DNA from: Octopus bimaculoides
Lineage: Eukaryota
Assembly (NCBI RefSeq): GCF_001194135.2
Contig: NC_068988.1
Location: 84,593,966-84,657,965 of the forward strand
DNA: 64,000 bases
Direction: 5' to 3'
Position numbers and translations under genes: made by a program. Of this stretch, positions 1 through 12,361 are shown piece by piece (the stretch's first letter is position 1; every line of letters starts with the position of its first letter). Below the pieces are notes generated by a model. That model was not told the DNA's origin, did not search any database, and worked only from the letters and a program-made list of their open reading frames with translations.

Positions 1-152
1 CCCCCACACACAGGGCTTCTTTCAGTTTCTGTCTCTGAAATTCCTCTCACAAGGCTTTGGTCAGCCCAAAGCCCTAGTAGAAGACACTTGCACAGGTTAC
101 CATGCAGTGGGACTGAATCTGAAACCTTATGATTGGAAAGCAAATTTCTCAC
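1..152 (-). mobile_element. tRNA-derived SINE (family B, head ...gggttcagtcccactgcatgg...gtgtcttctact)
   Basis: Reverse complement matches copies at 3116-3280, 4280-4430, 14150-14290 and 44067-44395. Confidence 0.8.
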
Positions 153-339
153 CACTATGATTTAATTATCATTTTTAAAAGTATTGGGGGAAAGGTAGGG
201 CTAGCTGCAAGACACTGTCTTTCAAGTGCTTATTCTATTGAAAGATAATGTCTTGCTCTAGGCTGCTAATGCAAAGAAGTTCACACCTACATGCATGCAT
301 GTGCACACAGGCACACACACCCATATACACACGTGTAGG

Positions 340-1230
340 TCATTGATAGCTATAATCCCCATCTGGTTGTCAATCTTCCCTTGCTTGATGAGCAAGTATT
401 AATGCTTATCCTGACCAAACTCCTTTCCTACGTCATGTGAGAATGTGGCGGCTGGTTTTTACCATCCTTAACTGTCTGTTAGTGTCATGAATATTACTTG
501 AGAATAGTTTCAGGTTATTGACAAAAAGGTGTCTGTGATATTAATTTTTCTTTTTTCTGCAAATCCTATCATGTAACCTTTGCATTTCCTCAACAGGGTT
601 GACAAGGGTTCACATCCAGGATGAAAAGCATTACTGTGAAATGTTCCTGTTGATAATCAATTATGGCAGCACTGTTCAGCACTGCCCCAAAACCTCGTCT
701 TTCCTCCTGCCTGCTCATGAGTCCTCACATGATTGTGGAGAAATGCATTTAAGCAATCTGTGTACAATTTATACATAGCGTTTGAGCATGCTGTGGGCCT
801 GTAGTTTTTGACCTCTGTACAACATGAAGTTCCTCTACCAATAGCCAACTATCAAGTCTCTCTTAGGCTGGTGATTTTTTCCATTCGATAACCTTGCAAC
901 AACCATCAGGAGATTTTCAATGGTGATATGTTGTGGTAGAAACATTTGCACAATATTCACTCTGTAGCTCATTTAATCATATCGCATCATGGGTTTCCTG
1001 TTTATTTACATTCAAGATGCCCCCACTAAAATGCCTGTAGGTCATTCTAGATAGGGGCCTTTTTAACCTTCATGTTATGACCTCTTATGCTGTTTTAACC
1101 TTTGTGGGTTTAATGCAAACCTGTGGTTGAAAGTCTCACTTTCTTGAAATTTCTGACAATAACAAAAGCTTTGACTTACCACTCATTTGCATTGAGGGGC
1201 AATTAGCTTACCTGCAAGTGTCTTTCATTG
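340..1230 (-). mobile_element. Decayed non-LTR retrotransposon RT remnant (R4/Dong-like)
   Basis: Minus strand reads NYRPTACSNAMYKLYT and EQAGGKTRFWGSAEQ, with a frameshifted, degenerate catalytic motif (FVNNLKLF) near 500-545. Clade call is from motif memory only. Confidence 0.65.
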
Positions 1231-1544
1231 GCACTTCCCATGTACTTTGGATAATCTATTATAAAATTGTAGCTAGTGGTTCATTAATTCATTATTCATT
1301 GCATTGAAGGATGCTGTCCAGTTGTCTCATATTTAAACTGAGACCATTGACATTTTTTCAAAGAGGTAATTTATTTTGGTTGTGTTCTCATTTTGATTGA
1401 TATATGTTCCTCCCATCTGTGAGTGGTTGATAACTGCAACACAATACAGTGGAATATTACATGTCCATAATTAGTGCTAGGTTTTTTCTAGTAGTTGGAA
1501 TAATTTATATCCTTTTCTCTATTTCTATCATATGTTCAGCTAGG

Positions 1545-2390
1545 GGTACCTCTATATGCTGATGACCCTACTTTTATAGCTGAACTAGTGACTGATCTAG
1601 AAAAGAAATTTCTGATGTGGAAGCAAAATCTAAAATTGAGATGCCTGAATTTCACTTAGCAAAGAATAAAGTATTAGTAAATAGGAGAGAAATTAGTACC
1701 CTTCTACCACCCAGGAAATGACCATGCTCAGTATGCAGAAAAGGCATGTGAACAGAGAAATTTAACTTCATATATGACAAGTGCTTGAAGACAATAAGCA
1801 CTAAAAACTGACAGGAAATAGATTCTATCAAATGCTCAGAAGGCTCCCTGGAAGTAGTTGATAATCTTCTGTTACATAGGTGATCTAATTCATAGAGACA
1901 GGGAATGGTTTGTAAGCAGAATAATGAGAGTAAGAATAGTTTGGAAAAAGTTCAGGTAAGTAATACCCCTACTGGTAACTAAGGGCTTCTCCTGCAAAGT
2001 AAAGGGCAGATTGTATGATGCTTGTGTATGAAGCAGGATGCTGCATGGAGATAAAATATGGCCTTTGAATGCAGAGGATTTGCAAAGTCAAGAAAGAAAT
2101 GTGTATGTAATGCTAATGGTACAAACAACAGAACACAAATGGACTGAAAGAAAAACTGAACATAAGGGGAATGAACTGTAGTGTGCAAGAGAGAAGACTG
2201 TTGGTATGGACATGTGATGCATACAGAGGATGACTGCTATATATAAATACATGTTGTGCACTTAATGTGAATGAAACTTAAGAAAGAGGGAGACTGAGGA
2301 AGACTTGGGATAAAGTGGTGAAGATAAATCTAAAGTTGTTGCATTTTATTGAGGATTTGAAGAATCATCATGTGGATTGGTGTGTTTACA
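1545..2390 (+). mobile_element. Decayed RTE-clade LINE, 3' part
   Basis: LYADD at 1552-1566, then MWKQNL, PCSVCRKG and GRLRKTWDKVVK. Homologous to 22565-23310. Confidence 0.85.
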
Positions 2391-3115
2391 CATACTATCA
2401 AGGCCACACCTTGGACCTCCTTGGTAGCTTCTTATTTCTCTTACATGCATATCTTATCACTCACCTGTTTATCAGCCAGGTCCCAGTCACCCTTGCCTTC
2501 ATCACTCATGCCTCTAGGGCACATTCTTTTATTGCCCATCTCTTGATCACACTCTCCTGGTCTTACCCTCACTTTACTCTACTGCCTTTACTCTACTGCC
2601 TTTACTCTACTCCACTTTACTCTATCTTTAGTGTGACCAAAGATAGCAGTAGATCTTCAGCTCACTATACATTGCTTTTAAGGGATGCCATGGGTTCTAT
2701 CTGACCTCTCTGATACTCACTCCTTCTCTTTCATCCTTGTTACCCTAACTTTCTTACCATCTTGATATATATATATATACTTAAGGGACCACTTCACTCT
2801 GCTTATACCTACAACTGGCCATTAATTATTCACTCTCACCATTTCTCCACCTCACTCTACCCATCATTCACTCACTCCTGTCTTCTAGTACTGGTGCTGC
2901 AATAAAATGCACTCGGTATCTAGTGGTTAGTCTGAAGAAGGGCATCAAGCCAAAAATGAAACTTAGGAGCAAGTTGTAGTTCCTTGACCTACCTAGAAGA
3001 GCAGAAATGACCCATCCAACACATATCAGCTTGGAAAGCAGATTTAAAATGATGATGACATATATTGTGTATATGTATGTGTACACACACATTATATATA
3101 TTATACATTATAGAT

Positions 3116-3280
3116 GCAGGCATGGCTGTGTGGTTAAGAAGTTTTCTTCTCAATCACTTGGTTTTGGGTTCAGTTCCACTGTGCAACACCTATGTTTTCT
3201 CCTATAGCCCTGAGTTGGCCTATACTTTGTGAGTGTATTTGGTAGATAGTAACTGTATGGAATTTTGTTATATATATATG
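3116..3280 (+). mobile_element. SINE family B copy
   Basis: ggcatggctgtgtggttaagaag...gggttcagttccactgtg...gagtgtatttggtagat head and body. Confidence 0.75.
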
Positions 3281-3282
3281 TG

Positions 3283-3363
3283 TGGATAAATTAAGAAATG
3301 GAGTCAAATGCAGGTGTTATTCAGAATAACTCCTGTGTTTGACTCCATTTCTTAATTTATCCA
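3283..3363. repeat. 81-bp near-perfect palindrome
   Basis: 26-bp perfect outer stem tggataaattaagaaatggagtcaaa / its reverse complement; 40-bp arms with 3 mismatches and a 1-nt centre. Confidence 0.95.
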
Positions 3364-3486
3364 TGTTATACAGAAACATTTCATCTAACCCTTTATAAGT
3401 AGGCTGCAATATCCTTGGCACTTATGTAAATTTTTGCTACCCTGGTAACAATTTACTTTTCCCTTGTTATTTGTACACAATGAAAC

Positions 3487-3501
3487 ACACACACTCACAC
3501 A

Positions 3502-3576
<75 letters not shown>
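3487..3576. repeat. (CA)n microsatellite
   Basis: Direct reading. Confidence 0.98.
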
Positions 3577-3585
<9 letters not shown>

Positions 3586-3750
3586 TTGTTTTTATATTTT
3601 ATTCACCTTCCGAAAAAATAAAATTTTTGACAAAATATATCTCATCAGAAATGTTTATTTGTCTGCTTAAGATATCACAGGAATCAGAAATGTAAATCTG
3701 CTAACTTTTGAAGCATCTTATGTCACCTGATGATGCTTTTTTGCACTATG
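3575..3750 (+). pseudogene. Diverged tandem duplicate of the juxtamembrane exon and its acceptor; pseudo-exon or alternative terminal exon (R)YHRNQKCKSANF*
   Basis: caaaatatatctcatcagaaat...tttgtctgcttaagatatcNcaggaatcagaa is shared with about 6270-6381. In-frame TGA at 3709-3711. Confidence 0.75.
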
Positions 3751-5300
3751 TGTTGCATCTAGTGCCATTACATCGTCCCATGCCCCTAAGGAGCAGTCCA
3801 GAATGAAATCAAAACAATTATTGTGCTAATAAATGCTTGTTGTTACACTCTTTCTTCTGTATTAATCATTTAATATATATATATATATATATACACACAC
3901 GCACACATATGTATACATACATATGTATACATACATATGTATACATACATATGTATATCCATCTGTCTGTCCATCTGTCTTGTTTAAAACAATGTGTGTG
4001 TGTGCATCTAAGTGTGGGGGTTGCATGTGTATCTGTGTGAATGTTTATATTTTGTACTTCATGGAAAGTGTTGTTTGTTGACAATTACCATCAACAAATT
4101 GACCAATAGCTCAACTTTTGAAGATGGCTGGAATGAAAAGGCCTTTATTTGAAAAACAGGTAATGATTACTGACAGGTAGGTCATCCACCTGTCATAAAA
4201 TAATGCATCACTAATAGTTATTATATGTGATCCTTACTAGCATGGAAAGTGGATATAAAAATAGAAATGAATAAGACAGTGTGGTTAAGAAGTTTGCTTC
4301 CTTACCATGTGGTTCCAGGTTCAGTCTCACTGTATAGTCCCTTGGCCAAGTGTCTTCTACTGTAGCCTAGGCTGATCAAATCTTTGTGGCATATTGATTT
4401 GGTAGACAGGTACTGATGGAATCTCCTGTGTATGTGTTTGCTTGTCATGTTGAGCATCACCATCATACATGTTGTGCTCCTCATTTCTGATTTTCTGTGA
4501 AATTATGTCCGGTTGTGGAAAAACATTACCTTACTTGCTAACTGGCAACAGAGAAGCATCTAGCTGTAGAAAATCTATTTTCCTCAGTGAGTGCCATCTG
4601 ACCTGTGCAGGCATAGAAAAATGGATGTCAAAATGAAACATTGGCATAACTATGATGTTCTGGTGATCTGATGAGCTAGCTTTCTTTATCTTCATTGATT
4701 TGCAATTATACAATTGTATTGTACAATGCACAGCATGCATGTTAGTGCAGACAAAATAATTTATTATACACCTAAATTATTATTACATGATGAAGGCTGC
4801 AAGATGGCCATAATCCTAAGGACGTCAAGTGGTTAAATAAATATATTCACCTCTCATAGCACCTGACTTTTTTTGTCTTATATACTCCTCATGAAATAAT
4901 TTCATTGATTGAATATTCTGGACTTCAGCTGTATAGAACTCTGCATTATAATGAATGAATTTATATATATCTATATATATTACAATTAAAAGGGTAAAGG
5001 TTTATCAATTTATTAATGTATTAATAAATCAACAATTAATAATTTTTACCAAGCCCTTCGGTATGTAAACACCATTATCGGTGGAGAACTTATTTAAAAG
5101 TTCTTATACATTTATAAACATAATTAAGGGATCAGCAAACATTTGCTTCACCACATACCGAAGTTCAGAAATAGCAGCTAAAAAAGCTGAGACTCCAACA
5201 GATAGCATTACTTGTAACTCACAAAGGCAAAAAACAAGAAGAAAAAACAAATGAAAACTAACCATTCGAAGTTAATCATAGACGCGTTTCTGGATTATGA

Positions 5301-5666
5301 NNNNNNNNNNNNNNNNNNNNNNNNNNNNNNNNNNNNNNNNNNNNNNNNNNNNNNNNNNNNNNNNNNNNNNNNNNNNNNNNNNNNNNNNNNNNNNNNNNNN
5401 NNNNNNNNNNNNNNNNNNNNNNNNNNNNNNNNNNNNNNNNNNNNNNNNNNNNNNNNNNNNNNNNNNNNNNNNNNNNNNNNNNNNNNNNNNNNNNNNNNNN
5501 NNNNNNNNNNNNNNNNNNNNNNNNNNNNNNNNNNNNNNNNNNNNNNNNNNNNNNNNNNNNNNNNNNNNNNNNNNNNNNNNNNNNNNNNNNNNNNNNNNNN
5601 NNNNNNNNNNNNNNNNNNNNNNNNNNNNNNNNNNNNNNNNNNNNNNNNNNNNNNNNNNNNNNNNNN
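5301..5666. other. Assembly gap
   Basis: N run. Other gaps at 8289-8701, 10451-11366, 22762-22919 and 43632-44066. Confidence 1.
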
Positions 5667-5707
5667 TGGTATGTGGTGAAGCAAATGTTTGCTGATCCCT
5701 TAATTAT

Positions 5708-5747
<40 letters not shown>

Positions 5748-6363
5748 TTTATTTATTTATTTATCTGTCTATGTGTGTCTCTGTTTCCATTTCAGATTAG
5801 TATAGGTATGAAATGAATGAATGATTTGGTGTTTATTTTAAATTGAAGGGAAAATAAAATAGAAATTCTTATGCTGTCAAATGACTCTCTAAAACCATTA
5901 AATATAAATGATTAGAAACAATAAGAAAAATTATGAATATATATGTTATGTTTATTTATTTAAAAAAAAATCATTCTTCAGGCTTGATGTCATCACATCT
6001 GAGGTGAATATATGTACATGTAATATGAACATCATGGAAAGAATTAAATTTATGTACTTATATCCTTTCTTTTCTCTCAAATAGAGCTGTTCCTGATATT
6101 TTGTGTATTGAAACTCTTGTTAATGTGTCATATTGTCTGTATAATAATTATATTACATTACCTTCTTAATTAGATTCTTTTATTTCATTTTCCAATTAGC
6201 TTTCTGTAATTATTTCTATATTTTTAAAACTTAAAACTGAAAAAGAAAACTTTAAAAAAGAATGAAATACAGTTTATATTTGTTTCATATTTTATCCTCT
6301 TTTTGAAAGAAAAAAAAATTGCCAAAATATATCTCATCAGAAATTACTATTTGTCTGCTTAAG

Positions 6364-6437
6364 ATATCGCAGGAATCAGAAGGTGAAGCACAGCAGCTTC
6401 CGAGCGGGACCTGATGTTGTACCAGACATACCTGAAG
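6364..6437 (+). CDS. RPTP juxtamembrane exon (R)YRRNQKVKHSSFRAGPDVVPDIPE(E)
   Basis: ttaag|A...G|gtagc. The basic YRR start is typical just after a transmembrane helix. It ends in phase 1, matching the next exon (G+AA=Glu). The donor is weak. Confidence 0.65.
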
Positions 6438-6959
6438 GTAGCAAAGAAACAGACCCTTTCCTCATTGGAAGCCCGCATGGTAAGACCATACATGCCAACC
6501 CTCTGTCTACAACAGTGTTTAATAGCTATCAATGAAATAGTAGTTCAGTATTCAATACATCACATTAGTAAATATTCTTGTATTAAGCATTTTTAAAAAC
6601 AATGTAAACACTGTATTTTGTTGTGTAGGTGTGTATATTTGTATGTGTTTATACACATATACACCCTTACACATGTACACACACATATACAAATGTATGC
6701 GTATATATAATTACAATTGTAAATACACACACAGATATCCATGTGTGTGAGATGTATGTGTGTATATGTAATGTGTGTATGTAAGGTATATATACAATGT
6801 GTGTATATATATATATATGTATGTATGTACATACACACACATGTATATATGTAAAATGTTTATATCATATGTATAATCTATCACATCATCCCATAAGTAA
6901 TGCCCAAATATTGGACAAGGAACAAAAAAAAAAAAAGGAACTCTACATTTCATATTTCT

Positions 6960-8110
6960 ATTTGGATACCTTCTTTAATGTAATCACCATCATTATCAAA
7001 GACTTCCTGCCAATGATTTATAAGCTTCTTTATACCATTTGTGTAATATTCTTTTGGTTTTGTGGAAAAGATGTAGTTTCTAATCTTCATATGGTGGAAA
7101 AAAAGATGTAGTTTCCACATTTTCATATATTGTTAAGAACTTGTCCATCAAAACGATTCTGTAAACTAGGTTATAATCAGATGGAGCAAGGTCTGATGAA
7201 TAAGGTGGTAGTTGTGGAATTTTACTCCAGCCAAGATTTCAGTGTTTTCAGACATCATCTTTGCTGTATGGGACCATGCATTATCATGATGGAATAACTC
7301 TCCTTTGTGATTTGCTAAAACAGGCCTGTTTTCTTTCAAAGCAGTGTTTAAACATTCTAACTGCTAACAGCAAATGTCTGCTGTAATCATTTCATTTGCT
7401 GATAGCAACTGAAAGTGGATCACACTAACAATCCTACGACATTTTTCTTGGTTGAAGGTCTCTCCTTGGTTCAGCCAGTTCTCCTTCATGTAGCCATTTA
7501 GTAAAATAACTTTGTTGTTATTAAGCTGATACTTAGAGCATAAAGTAACATGGACCTTTGAGGGAAAGTTTTAATTTAGATCACTTTAAAACAGTATGTT
7601 TATATTATAAAACCAGGGTCAGTTTTAGATGGGTTGATTTCAAAACTCACTTATTTGTCCAAAGATGGTGATATGAATTCATGAGAGTGTGGAGAATTAT
7701 AGAAATCCATATGTGCAGTGCTAATGTTTTCTCTCAAATTATGGGGAACTCATTTTCCAAGTTTAGGCACCTTTCCAAGTTGTTGCAGAAGCGGTAACCT
7801 GTTGAATGGCTTGAATTCAGCTTTTGGGCTAATACTTCAATTTTAACGGCATAGCTCGATAAAGTTTTGACAAAAACATATCTTTATTAAACTGAAGAGG
7901 CAGTCTATTTATAAAGCAGCTTTGCTTTTAAGCTGAAATTACCCTCCCTAAAAGCTTCAAATCGTCTTTGACTAGTTCTTACATTTAAGAACTCTTTCCT
8001 ATCAACACCATGAATATTTTGGATGACTTCTGCCCAATTATGGTTTTCGTTTTTACTCATATGCCTTTAAATGCCTTAAATACGTGGTGGACATGTCTAT
8101 CTTTGGTAGG
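6960..8110 (-). mobile_element. Decayed mariner (DD34D-type) transposase, interrupted by a small insertion at about 7500-7650
   Basis: Minus strand: GKVPKLGK*VPHNLREN (WVPHEL motif), FHHDNAWSHTAK, PYSSDLAPSDY, NGIKKLINHWQEVFDNDGDY. Confidence 0.85.
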
Positions 8111-8734
8111 GTTAAAGCAGTAACAAAATTGGCTGATACATACTGTAACAACATAAATTACTACATGACTAATGTGTACTACTGCTATTCAGGTATTTGA
8201 AAAAAACCCCAAAACTAACCACCATACAGATCCATTACATATGATGTGACCTTATACATACATACATAATAAATTATATATATATATANNNNNNNNNNNN
8301 NNNNNNNNNNNNNNNNNNNNNNNNNNNNNNNNNNNNNNNNNNNNNNNNNNNNNNNNNNNNNNNNNNNNNNNNNNNNNNNNNNNNNNNNNNNNNNNNNNNN
8401 NNNNNNNNNNNNNNNNNNNNNNNNNNNNNNNNNNNNNNNNNNNNNNNNNNNNNNNNNNNNNNNNNNNNNNNNNNNNNNNNNNNNNNNNNNNNNNNNNNNN
8501 NNNNNNNNNNNNNNNNNNNNNNNNNNNNNNNNNNNNNNNNNNNNNNNNNNNNNNNNNNNNNNNNNNNNNNNNNNNNNNNNNNNNNNNNNNNNNNNNNNNN
8601 NNNNNNNNNNNNNNNNNNNNNNNNNNNNNNNNNNNNNNNNNNNNNNNNNNNNNNNNNNNNNNNNNNNNNNNNNNNNNNNNNNNNNNNNNNNNNNNNNNNN
8701 NTATAAATAAACGTTATGTATATATATATATAAA

Positions 8735-8773
<39 letters not shown>

Positions 8774-9508
8774 ATACATAAAGTGTGTGTGTATGTATGT
8801 GTATATATATATATATATATGATTATATAGATAGATATACATTGGTCACCTGCAACTAAAATGGGCTGAAACTCTTGTCTTATCATTCACTGTTATTTCT
8901 GTTGCATCATAATCTTCAGCTTGCTGTTCTTTTTAGAGATATTTGGCAACAGCCAGTGAGTGGGCTGAATAAGGTCTTCCGATTGGTCAGCACAGAATGC
9001 TCCTTGATGTGATGTTATACAAGTTGGTTTGACGTTAGTGAAAGGCAGGAGATGGTTATGGTTTGAAATTATGAAATGGAAGGAAATGAATGTAATAAAT
9101 ACATTGAGTAAATTATTAAAGGGAAATAAGTCAGTCTATTACTGGTCTTTAAGCGGTCTCTGATGTTTGGATATTTTCATTCATATATTCAAAAATATGG
9201 GGGCAAATAAGATGGGATAGGAGAAATAAAATGAAATATCTCTTTGCAGTTACTCCGACCCACCCTTATATAATGTGGGGTACTGATGTATCTCTTCTGT
9301 AGCAAAACATTTGTGCTTGTCCCTCTGTTATACTTTAGCTTCTCAACTCCTGGCATAGAGCCATTTCTCTCTCTATTGTAGCCACACTCAGTTGAGAGAA
9401 CTTGCAAGTTATGTGATAACCTCACTAATGCCGGTGACATGGGGCTTGACATTGTCCTCCCATTTGTTGGATCCTATCTCACCAACAAATCCATGGAAGA
9501 TGGACATT

Positions 9509-9509
9509 A

Positions 9510-9572
<63 letters not shown>
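9509..9572 (+). repeat. (GAT)n tail of an RTE-3'-end element (element about 9400-9572)
   Basis: ccatggaagatggacattaa-(tga)n matches the RTE tail seen reversed at 33955, 44545 and 52585. Confidence 0.85.
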
Positions 9573-9574
<2 letters not shown>

Positions 9575-10291
9575 ACTAAATAAATAGAATATAGAAAATG
9601 AAATGGAATAAAGGAAATCAGATTAGAAAGATAAATAAAGAAAAAGATAGTTAAACGGTACAATATTTAATAGTATAAATTTAGGATTAATCTGGGTGGA
9701 TGGGTGTTGTGATTATAGAGTGAAGTGCTCAGGTTTCATGGATTCACTCAATATATGACATAGGGCTGCTGTTATTCATGTAGGTGTAATGTACATAGTT
9801 TGGAGGCCAGGAGTATATTGTGTATCCTAAGAGAATATTCCTGTTGCTTACATGAGTTTATAGTAGTTCGTAGATTAAACATTTATTAGTTTAGTACTGT
9901 ATTTATGGTGTTACATGCTCATGTTAATATTTAATGTTCATGGCAGTTTATGACTTTTGTATCAACAGGTGCATATGCCATGACATGAGGTGGGAATTAT
10001 TCCTGTGGAGTCATTTATAGCTTGAACATAGTTAAATCCAGTGTGGTGTTTCTACTTCCACTAGCAGCAATATGTTATGTGGATTAAAGTTTATGACATC
10101 TTATAACTTATGTAACTAATATGTGCAGTCACCATGCTTTGGTGTTGTTTCCTGGTGTTAAGAAAACAGTCAGTCCACTTGTGAGGAGTGAGAGTTTTCC
10201 TTCCATGGATAGGAACCGAGGAGTACAGTGATTCAGACAGGGTGCCAAAGCAGTGTCAATGTGAAGAGACAAAACGACAGAGAGAGAGAGA

Positions 10292-10339
<48 letters not shown>

Positions 10340-11366
10340 TTTATATATTTATTTGTGTATATATGAGTAAAGATATATACATGTGTATGTATATTATGTA
10401 TATATTTATTGATATGCATAAATATATATTTATATATGTGTTTGTGTGTGNNNNNNNNNNNNNNNNNNNNNNNNNNNNNNNNNNNNNNNNNNNNNNNNNN
10501 NNNNNNNNNNNNNNNNNNNNNNNNNNNNNNNNNNNNNNNNNNNNNNNNNNNNNNNNNNNNNNNNNNNNNNNNNNNNNNNNNNNNNNNNNNNNNNNNNNNN
10601 NNNNNNNNNNNNNNNNNNNNNNNNNNNNNNNNNNNNNNNNNNNNNNNNNNNNNNNNNNNNNNNNNNNNNNNNNNNNNNNNNNNNNNNNNNNNNNNNNNNN
10701 NNNNNNNNNNNNNNNNNNNNNNNNNNNNNNNNNNNNNNNNNNNNNNNNNNNNNNNNNNNNNNNNNNNNNNNNNNNNNNNNNNNNNNNNNNNNNNNNNNNN
10801 NNNNNNNNNNNNNNNNNNNNNNNNNNNNNNNNNNNNNNNNNNNNNNNNNNNNNNNNNNNNNNNNNNNNNNNNNNNNNNNNNNNNNNNNNNNNNNNNNNNN
10901 NNNNNNNNNNNNNNNNNNNNNNNNNNNNNNNNNNNNNNNNNNNNNNNNNNNNNNNNNNNNNNNNNNNNNNNNNNNNNNNNNNNNNNNNNNNNNNNNNNNN
11001 NNNNNNNNNNNNNNNNNNNNNNNNNNNNNNNNNNNNNNNNNNNNNNNNNNNNNNNNNNNNNNNNNNNNNNNNNNNNNNNNNNNNNNNNNNNNNNNNNNNN
11101 NNNNNNNNNNNNNNNNNNNNNNNNNNNNNNNNNNNNNNNNNNNNNNNNNNNNNNNNNNNNNNNNNNNNNNNNNNNNNNNNNNNNNNNNNNNNNNNNNNNN
11201 NNNNNNNNNNNNNNNNNNNNNNNNNNNNNNNNNNNNNNNNNNNNNNNNNNNNNNNNNNNNNNNNNNNNNNNNNNNNNNNNNNNNNNNNNNNNNNNNNNNN
11301 NNNNNNNNNNNNNNNNNNNNNNNNNNNNNNNNNNNNNNNNNNNNNNNNNNNNNNNNNNNNNNNNNN

Positions 11367-11415
<49 letters not shown>

Positions 11416-12361
11416 CACATACACACATATATATATACATGTATATACATACATATATATGTGTATGTATTTACATGTATGTGTGCATATATATATATAT
11501 ACACACACACATATATGTATTTACACATATGTATTCATATACATACATATATACACATACATACATACATATATACATACATACATTCACACACATGCAC
11601 ATATATAGGTATAGATATTTATCTTTATTTTCAAGTTTACTTTTTAAGAATCTCATGTATAAAAGAAAGCTTTGGAAAGGTAAATTTTAAGCTTGTGTGT
11701 AAGTGTATGCATTTTTGTGTGTTGTGTGTATACACATCCACAAACTAATGCATGTACACACAAAAATATGTACTAAAAAAAACTTTTTCAAGAATCCAAT
11801 TAATGTGTTCAATAAATAAATGTTTTATCTCATAAAATTTTTTTTTTTTATATTTTTCCCGACAATGAAGTTTTAAAAGCAAAAGTGAAAAGAAAAAACA
11901 AAAGCTAAAAATGAAACATGAAAAAAACAATGAAATAAAGATATAAATACTGAAAAAAAAAATGATATTTAAACTCTTTGTATAAATTGGGTTGGCATGT
12001 ACGTCTGGCATTTAAAATCAATTTTCTCTCTTTACTCCTTTAACACAGAAGCTATTTCTACTTTGCATTCATTTTCAATAATCTGGCTGTCCCAGCTGTT
12101 GCTGCTTCTGCAAGCTTCTTTTGAATGCTCCCCTTCTATTGGACAGTTAAGATTTGCAGTTGTATGAATTTGTTCGTGTTTTGGTTTTTTTTCCAAAAAA
12201 TAAATTTTTTTTTTGGCCAATGTCAAATTTGTCTTTTTTTTTTTGTTTTTAATTTTGAAGCAAGTGCAGTTTTCAAAGTCTCATTTTTATTTTCAACATA
12301 TCAAACTGTGTTTTAGTTGCATTTTTCATTTTTGTTGTTCTTGCTATTATTATCATCATTA

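Noticed and set aside
3385-4084. ORFs rich in HT/CV/YI dipeptides (also about 6600-7100, 8200-8900, 10100-11750, 43480-44380, 46870-47050, 59280-59910, 61070-61370)
   Set aside because: Translations of (CA)n/(TA)n microsatellites and N-runs; no coding signal.
9392-9663. Poly-Asp / poly-Ser ORFs
   Set aside because: They are the (GAT)n tail of an RTE-type element.
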